From Antechinus flavipes (taxonomy: Eukaryota), in the NCBI RefSeq assembly GCF_016432865.1, contig NC_067400.1, positions 623,844,001 through 623,908,000 on the forward strand: 64,000 nucleotides of DNA. Direction: 5' to 3'. A program made the translations under genes and the position numbers. The notes below the pieces were generated by a model. That model saw only the letters and a list, made by a program, of their open reading frames with translations. It had not been told where the DNA came from and did not search any database. Position 1 is the first letter of the stretch; each line of letters opens with the position of its first letter. This document shows positions 55,800 through 64,000 of the stretch, in pieces.

Positions 55800-56550
55800 T
55801 GATTATTTCTTAACATCAGGATAAACTTTAAACTTTTAAACTGTTTTTTTAAAAAGAGAAATACTTTTAGGAGGAAATTTTTACAAATTTTTTTTTTGTA
55901 AGAACCTTTTGTGACTAAGCCAATTTTAGAGCATGGGAACCCCCAGAAAGATGGAGTGAAGCAATCCTCCAGCTTGGAACAACTTAGAAGGTCCGCAGGA
56001 AAGGTCCCTGCATCCACGTGAAAGTGGAACACAGTGGGAGCAGGCCGTGGGAGACTCTGAATCAGCAGCCAGAACATCGGCCTTAACAACTCGCAGCCGG
56101 CACATGGTAAAGGGTCAAATAACTGGTTGGGAGGATGTTGGAGGGGCTCTCTCAGCTCTGAGGATGTTGCTTTTCCATATCGGATCCGGGCAAGGAGCTG
56201 CTCGAGCCAACCGGAGCTTGCAGCCGCAGTGAGGCAGGGACCCTTCTCGAGGTTCTGGGCCAGAAAAGAGAACTTTGGGTCACTCACAGGCCAGGAGAAT
56301 AGTAAACACAGCTCTCTTAGATCAGCCTGCTGGGGTGCAAGATGCAAGGAAGTGGGGAGCTGTCCAGAAAGACTCTGGCCATCTTCAAGTCAAGGGCAAA
56401 AGCTGCACTGGGATGCCATAAGGCAGGCTAAGCTCTTAACAGACCCATAATTTACAAGGGGAAAAAGTAGGGATCTTCCATGTGGAAGCACTCAAAGCAA
56501 GGTATGATGTCTGTGGCATGTGTGTGTGTGTGTGTGTGTGTGTGGTAACA

Positions 56551-57079
56551 TATATGACTGACTACATCAAATATTGAAGCATTAAGGACCTTAATTCATA
56601 CAGATATATATAGTAACAGGTATATGACTGACTACATCAAATATTGAAACATTAAGGACCTTAATTCATACAGATACATATAGTAACAGATATATGACTG
56701 ACTACATCAAATTTTGAAACATTAAGGACCTTAATTCATACAGATATATATAGTAACAGGTATATGACTGACTAAGTCAAATATTGTAACATTTTGAAAC
56801 ATTAAGGACCTTATTTCATACAGATATATATCTAGTAACGGGTATATGACGACCAGGTCAAATATTGTAACATTTTGAAGCATTAAGGACCTTATTTCAT
56901 ATAGATATATATCTAGTAACGGGTATATGACGACTAGGTCAAATATTGTAACATTTTGAAACATTAAGGACCTTAATTCATACACACACACACACACACA
57001 TATCTCGTAACAGATATATGACTGACTATGACTGACTAGGCCAAATATTGTAACATTTTGAAACATTAAGGACCTTATT

Positions 57080-57116
<37 letters not shown>

Positions 57117-57135
57117 GTAACAGGTATATGACTAG
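56551..57135. repeat. 70-90 bp AT-rich minisatellite
   Basis: TATATGACTGACT...ATTAAGGACCTTA units start at 56551, 56621, 56691, 56761, 56843, 56924, 57015. Confidence 0.9.
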
Positions 57136-58789
57136 GTTAAATACGCATTTACCTGATTGTGATATAATGACAACATATTTTCAGATTGAAATCAGTGAGC
57201 TATTGCATCCTTGCTCATCTATTCAACTGACTACTTGCTTTGATTATGGAAATTTGCTATAAACGAGAAAACAGGGACATAATTATAAATGCAGCAAACT
57301 GGTTCTTCAGGCGTAAGCCTAAAGGAACACACATGTCAAGATAAAGCATCCTTAGATCTGTTTGACTTCAAGTAAGAGCCACAGTTTCCAATAATGCAAT
57401 AATATTATCACCTCATAATTAGAAATAATCAGGTGGAAAACCCAGTAATAACTGGGAAATTGAGCCAGAAGGTTCTTACCTGAAGTGAAGCCACAGGGGT
57501 TTCCCTGGATTTTGCTCAGATCCAGATCTTCTATAACACTTCAGGATCACATCCTTCTGAGCAGCAGCTTCTGAGCGATCTTTGTCGCTAATGGTGATTA
57601 CTGATTACTCCATCAGATAACCATACCTGAATTCAGAACTCAAAATGATATTTTAGTACAAGAGATTTTATCTCAAATGGCGAGTTTCACTAATCAGAGT
57701 TTCAGATAGGTTCAGCTCTAAAGGTTCACATCTCCTAAATAGGATTGGCCTTTGGTATATCCTATTCATTTACAAGAAAATTCCCACTTTATCTTGATAG
57801 CTAAATAGATGGCTCTAAGTTCAACATGACACAAATAATTTTGCTTTAAGATGCTCAATAACCAGCAACCTAGTTACTACCTTTATAGTCAAAAGGTGTT
57901 TACAATAGGGAGATTTTTATAAGCCAACAAGAAAAATACAACTAGTTAAATTAGCCCTATCACAATAACAAAGTTTGCCAGGTTTCACTCATGTAAGAGA
58001 TTTCGATGAATATGTTTTCAGTTTTTCTTAAGTTTAAACTCATTCTTGGGTAAAAATCAATCATTAGAAATCGCTTCTATATAATAAACAGACTTTTAAA
58101 TCCTCATTAAATCCATCCTTATGAAGACCGAGTTAGCATCCTGGATACCTTAGAATCAGCCGGAGTCGGGATAAGCAAAAGTTCTTGGTCTTTAGAAGTA
58201 GAAGTGAATTGGATGGAAGCAGAATCTCCACAATCTTCCGCCAAAAAGTAACTCTGGCTAATCTTACTCCACCCCTTAGTCCCTTCTACAATTCTCTGTA
58301 TACACCAATTATTGAGCCAGCACAAGGTAGTGGGAAATGCCATTTTTCAAGCATATGCTTATAGAGTATTGTCCAATCGGTAATTAGCCTTAAGTGCTCC
58401 GTTGTCCAACCTCAGTGCATTAACTCAAGAGTTTCAGCCCTTTACACATCCTTTGTTTGGGAATTTCATCCCCTGTAAGAGATCTTTTTTCCCCACAGTT
58501 GAGGACCAAGGTGATTTCAAGAAACCTGGAAAGCTTATCAATGAAAGGGTATCAACAGGGACCCCAGAGAAGGGGCTAAGCTTGCTGCTTTTGCCTACTT
58601 ACCCTGTCTGTCTTTCATGCTGTTATGGGCTGTGCTCTTTGATATCCATGAGGTGGGGTAGGGAAGACAATACTTCTGTGGTACATCCTCACCCACTAAG
58701 GCAAAATACTTTGGATGAGCAGAAATCACCAATTTTAGATTTTAATCTTATGACAATACCTTCAAGTGACTAAATTAAGAATCTTACAG

Positions 58790-59540
58790 TTTTCTCAAAC
58801 TGTGCATATCCTTTGATCCAGCAGTGTTTCTATTGGGCTTATACCGCAAAGAGATACTAAAGAAGGGAAAGGGACCTGTATGTGCCAAAATGTTTGTGGC
58901 AATCCTGTTTGTAGTGGCTAGAAGCTGAAAAATGAATGGACGTCCATCCATTGGAGAATGGCTGGGTAAATTGTGGTATATGAATGTTATGGAATATTAT
59001 TGTTCTGTAAGAAATGACCAGCAGGTTGAATACGGAGAGGCTTGGAGAGACTTACATGAACTGATGCTAAGTGAAATGAGCAGAACGAGGAGATCATTAT
59101 ACACTTCGACAACAATATTGTATGAGGATGTATTCTGATGGAAGTGTATTTCTTTGACAAAGAGACCTAACTGAGTTTCAATGGATAAATGATGGACAGA
59201 AGCCGCTACACTCAAAGAAAGAACACTGGGAAACGAATGTGAACTATTTGCATTTTTGTTTTTCTTCCCGGGTTATTTTTACCTTCTGAATCCCAATTCT
59301 CCCTGTGCAACAAGAGAACGGTTTGGTTCTGCAAACATATACTGCATCTAAGATATACTGCAACATATCTAACATATATAGGACTGCTTACCATATGGGG
59401 AGGGGGTGGAGGGAAGGAGGGGAAAAATCAGAACAGAAGTGAGTGCGAGGGATAATGTAAAAAAATTACCCTGGCATGGACTCTGTCAATATAAAGTTAT
59501 TATTAAATTAAATTTAATTTAATTTAATTTAAAAAAAAAG
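58790..59540 (+). mobile_element. 5'-truncated L1 3' end with A-rich tail
   Basis: CATATCCTTTGATCCAGCAGTG...GAATGGCTGGGTAAATTGTGGTATATGAATG...; ends in (AATTT)n plus A9. Confidence 0.85.
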
Positions 59541-60209
59541 AATGTTTCTCTTCTTGTGAGCTGGGAAAGGATTTAAGTGTTAGTTCTTATTCCAAAATGA
59601 GGCCTTTGCCCTAGAATTGTCACTAACAGCCCCCCAACCTAACAGACCTGCCTTTTGATTTTCTTTCCCTTTCCTAACCACCCACTCTTGCTTCAGTCAG
59701 GGAGGGAGAAAGGGGAGAGAAAGAGAAAGAGATGCGCTTTCTTTTATGCACTATTCTTTTAGTCCAAAGAAGCCCAGATTTGGGGATTCCATTAATTACC
59801 AATCAGGTGACTTTGAGTTGCCTGTGCTTCCAAATTACCTTACATATAAAATCATTTACCTCAACATTGGTATTATAAATTGATTATCTAAACCAAATTA
59901 AACTAAAAAATCAATATAAATTGGTAATCTAAAAACCCATATACAGCTATCAAGTACAAAGCAGTTAAACATCCAACAATGGTAACTTTCATATAGTATT
60001 TGTCTTACACCAAGCACTTTTACAATTGTGTGATCTTCAAAATAACCCTGGGATATGGGTTCTAATTTTTCTGTTTACAGAACAGCAGCTTGTATTGCTG
60101 TTGTAACCCAAGAAGGGATTTCTAGCTTGGGGTTTGACATCTGTACGGTGGCCCCCTGGTGATTGTATACAGTAACTGTGTTCAAGGTAAATCTGTCAAT
60201 ATAAGAAAT

Positions 60210-60625
60210 TCAAATTCACTTAGGGACAAGAACTCCCTTCCTGGAGCCACCTCGGCACTGAGAGATACTGTCAGTAATGTGGTCTTTTGCTGGAAGTTCT
60301 TCTTCCTATCAATAAAAACATGGAAGAACTGAAAACTTACAGGTCCCTAGGAGGATTTCTGAAAACTTCACAAAACTCCTACAGCTTGGACCAGTGTACT
60401 CTCCACCCAGGAATCAGAATCCAACTTTAGTAAAGAGTTAAATGTGAAGGGATCGGCTGGGGAAATGAGCAAGCAACAGAAAAAGATTCTAATCATACTA
60501 AGCTTTGGTGACAAGCTCAAAACATATAACCAGAAAGTGACAAATCTACTACATCCAAAGCCTCCAAGAAAATCTAAATTGGTTTCAATTCATGAAAGAG
60601 TTCAGAAAGGATTTTCAAAATCAAG
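60210..60625 (+). mobile_element. L1 5'UTR end and ORF1 N-terminus (decayed)
   Basis: ATG at 60465 gives MSKQQKKILII..FGDK; later SKASKK-like and MKEFRKDFQNQ segments resemble recalled marsupial L1 ORF1. Confidence 0.7.
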
Positions 60626-60629
60626 AAAG

Positions 60630-61179
60630 GGCAAAAATTGAGTACGTACAAAACAGTGCCATCCATACACTGACGTGGGAAACTGGGGAATGTGTAGATG
60701 ATATCCCAGTCACTAATACAGGTAGACAATGTGTGACTTATCACCCAGGAGAAGTAGTAGCATCAGGTTTACTCATACAGAATCCTAATAAGCAATCTGG
60801 TGATAGTCACCCAGATTCTGACTCTAAGCAACAAAATCCAGGAATATGCTGGACAGCAGCTGTGACAGCTGACCAACCTATGCTCACGATCTATATAAAT
60901 GGTATACAATTAGAAGGATTGGTAGACACAGGTGTAGATCGTACAGTCATTAGAGGTGCCAACTGGCCCAGTCACTGGCTAAAGATTAAGGCAGACACCT
61001 ACATGTCTGGCGTAGGAGGACCAATAGCAGCTGAAGTTAGTGCTGCCCCTATGAGATGGACTTTTGAAGGTGAAACAGGAATTTTTACTCCTTTTATAGT
61101 TGAAAAAATCCCCATCAATCTGTGGGGAAGAGACATTTTACAATAATTAGGATTACAAATGAGTACCTCGGTTTTTTAG
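60630..61179 (+). pseudogene. ERV protease (pro) remnant
   Basis: LEGLVDTGVDRTVI (aspartic protease DTG) and NLWGRDIL; premature TAA at 61144, natural TAG at 61177. Confidence 0.9.
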
Positions 61180-63557
61180 GCAGGGCTGCTGTTGAAGGCC
61201 TGCCTGCCAACATTTTCACCTGTTCCTATCCAATGGAAAACTGATACACCAGTGTGGATAGAACAGTGGTCCTTAGGTAGTGATAAAATTCAGGCCTTGT
61301 TAGATATAGTACAGGAGCAACGTGACCAAAGATACTTAACAACCTTCTCTAAGTCCTTGGAATTCCCCTGTATTTGTTGTAAGAAAGAAATCTGGAAAAT
61401 GGAGGATGCTGACTGACTTAAGAAAAGTAAATGAACAGATGGAAACTATGAGAACTTTTCAGCTTGGATTTCCATCTTCTACTCAATTGCCTAGAGAATG
61501 GCCTCTTTGGGTTATAGACATTAAGTTTCTATTCTATCCCTCTAAGTAAAGTGGATGTGAAGAGATTTGCCTTTTCAGTGTCCAGCGTTAACTTAGCTGA
61601 GCTTTATAAAAGATATGAATGGACAGTTTTGCCACAGGGGATGAAAAACAGCCCTACTATGTGTCAAATGGATGTTGATGCTGCTCTTACTCCAGTAAGA
61701 AAAGCATTTCCAAAAGTTATGCTATTACATTATATGGATGATATACTGGGATGTGCACCTGAGAAACAAATGTTAGAAGCACGTCTACAAAAGACCATAG
61801 AAACATAAGAAATTACAAATTGCACATAGCTCCAGAAAAAAATTCAAAGACATGCTCCTTTACAATATTTAGGATATGAAGTACATCCTAAGGTACTCAC
61901 AGTACAAAAACTGTCCTTAAGAACAGAGAAGCTAAACACCTTAAATGACTTTCAGAAATGGATAGGAGATATCCAATGGATGCGACCAGTGTTAGGCTTG
62001 ACTACCTATCAATTGCAACCATTATATGACATTTTAAGAGGAGACACTGCTTTAAACTTACCATGCCAGCTTACAAAAGAAGCTCAAGAGGCTTTGTGAG
62101 AAGTTGAAGTGGCTTTATCCAATGAGATTGAAAGAGTCATTCAAAAACCCTTGGAAATATCAGTTTTTGCCACACAAGAGGCACCCACAGCAGTCCTTCA
62201 TCAAGGAGACAGTGTGATAGAGTGGGTGAACCTCCCAGCACAACCAGAACAAAGCCTTACTTCTTATCCAGGGATTGTGGCTAGAATTTTAATAAGGGCC
62301 TTTAAGTGAGCAGTACAATTATCAGGGATAAGATCTGACAAGATATACACCTTTTATACTAATGCACCAATTAATGTATGCTGTGAGACCATCCCAGAGT
62401 GGCAAATTTTATTGGCCTTGGCTCCAAATTTTACACATGGGTCTCCATTAAAGAGAACCAGACTATGACATAATTGGCGATGAATTCTTGAAGAAAAGGT
62501 TTCTAAGGTTCCTCTTAAAGAACCAACTATCTTTACAGATGCATCCAAACATAATATTTGCGCTGTATACTCTCGTGACTTAATTATAAAGATAGAACTC
62601 CTTTTCAGTCCACTCAGCAGAATGAATTGTATGCAATCATCCTAGCTCTTACTTATTATCCAGGCAATATAAATATAATATCTGATTCAGCCTATTCAGT
62701 AGGTGTGGTACAAAGAATTGCCACAGCCCAAATAAAATTTGCAGCCTCTAATATATATCAGCTCTTTAAGAAACTTCAAGGGCAAGTGAGAAAGCATCCA
62801 GATAAGATTTATATCTTGCATGTCCACATGTAGCGGACTTTCAGGTCCAATTTTTGAGGATAATTCAAAGGCAGATAGCCTTTTAACTATGCTGGCCAAT
62901 ACTCCTTTATTCCAAGAAGCCCAGGCATCTCATTCTAAATATCATCAGGCTGCTCAAGCTTTATGTTTGCAATTTGGAATAACAAGAGAGGAAGCTAGGA
63001 GCTTAGTAAAAACCTGTGTAGCTTGCCTTCCTTTCCATGCTCCTACACTGCCTCCAGGGAAGAACCCTCGTGGTTTGAGACCTAATGAAATCTGGCAAAT
63101 GAATGTGATCCATTATGAATCTTTTGGTCGCCTGTCTTTTATCCACGTTGTGGTAGACACCTTTTCAGGATTCACTTTTGCCATACCAGCCGCAAAAGAG
63201 ACAGCCCGAGTGGTCACTGAATTCCTCACACAAACATTTGCAATTATGGATGTGCCACAAGCAATAAAAACAGATAATGGACCTGTGTATACTTCTAAAC
63301 ATTTTGCACACTTTTGTGCACAGTATAAGATTTTACACACCACTGGCATACCTTTTAATCCTCAAGTACAGGCAATAGTAGAGAGGAGAAATAGAGACAT
63401 TAAGACGCTCCTCCAAAAACAAAAGAAAGGGGGAGCCACAGGTAACCCTAGAGAACTTCTAAATCTAGCCCTTTATATTATTAACTTCTTAATTTTTGAC
63501 AAAGAGGCTCTGGCAGACAGGTTTTATAACCTACCGGAAGGACAGTGTCCTATGTGA
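61173..63557 (+). pseudogene. Class II (betaretrovirus-like) ERV pol: RT, RNase H and integrase, disrupted by stops and frameshifts
   Basis: [71 protein letters not shown]. Confidence 0.93.
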
Positions 63558-63792
63558 CTCATGGACATAGAAAACTGTAGGACTTCAAAATCCTCAGGAA
63601 TCATTGGAATCCTTGAGACATGAAAAACTTGTTGTAGGATTTGAAAACCACAGGAATCACTGGATTTTCTGAGAACTGATAAGACTTGCATTCTTATCTG
63701 CTGGATATCATTGGATTCCATAACACATAAAAAGACTGTTGTAAAACTTCAAAAACTTCCAGGGATCATTGGATTCCCTGGCACGTGAAGCA

Positions 63793-63876
63793 ATGGACAA
63801 TAGTTTGGTTTTGGATTATCTCTTGGCTGCTGAAGGAGGCATATGTGTGACTGTTGTTTACATACCCTCCTTCTAG
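63793..63876 (+). pseudogene. env transmembrane immunosuppressive-domain remnant
   Basis: MDNSLVLDYLLAAEGGICV resembles the gamma-type TM motif QNRLALDYLLAAEGGVC. Confidence 0.75.
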
Positions 63877-64000
63877 GACTTCTGGAAATCTTTTATAACA
63901 CCATGTTGACTCATACTATTTGCACGGACAATTCATGTTTGTTACACCACATCGAGCCTGTACTGACTGTGGGGAGAGTCATCACTGCTAGTCTGTGTGT

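Noticed and set aside
58777-59543. AAGAAT as L1 target-site duplication
   Set aside because: Only 6 bp in AT-rich DNA and not flush with the apparent 5' end
52600-64000. Absence of NLRP12 beyond MYADM as gene loss
   Set aside because: The window extends only about 12 kb past MYADM, too short to judge

Overview
This is mammalian genomic DNA, most likely marsupial (inferred from marsupial-type L1 and short SINE sequence). From 1 to about 52,500 it is GC-rich and holds five intact genes, all on the minus strand, in the order seen in human. In transcription order they are MYADM (single coding exon, 322 aa), PRKCG (18 exons, 701 aa), CACNG7 (5 coding exons, 275 aa), CACNG8 (4 exons, 414 aa, CUG start) and CACNG6 (4 exons, 263 aa; the last base of its stop codon falls just outside the window). 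I located every coding exon by hand; all have GT-AG boundaries and consistent phases. After about 52,600 the sequence turns AT-rich and repeat-dense: L1 3' ends, a SINE, a minisatellite, and an L1 5'UTR/ORF1 start fused to a decayed betaretrovirus-like pro-pol followed by a gamma-type env remnant. Five N-gaps fall in introns or intergenic DNA. I see no convincing new multi-gene system. The best leads are the CUG start plus uORF of CACNG8, a higher-order 3'UTR minisatellite that carries poly(A) signals, a miR-935-like sequence with an altered seed, recurrent RFX X-box palindromes, and the chimeric L1/ERV element. Comparisons to human proteins and repeat consensus sequences are from recall; no database search was run.
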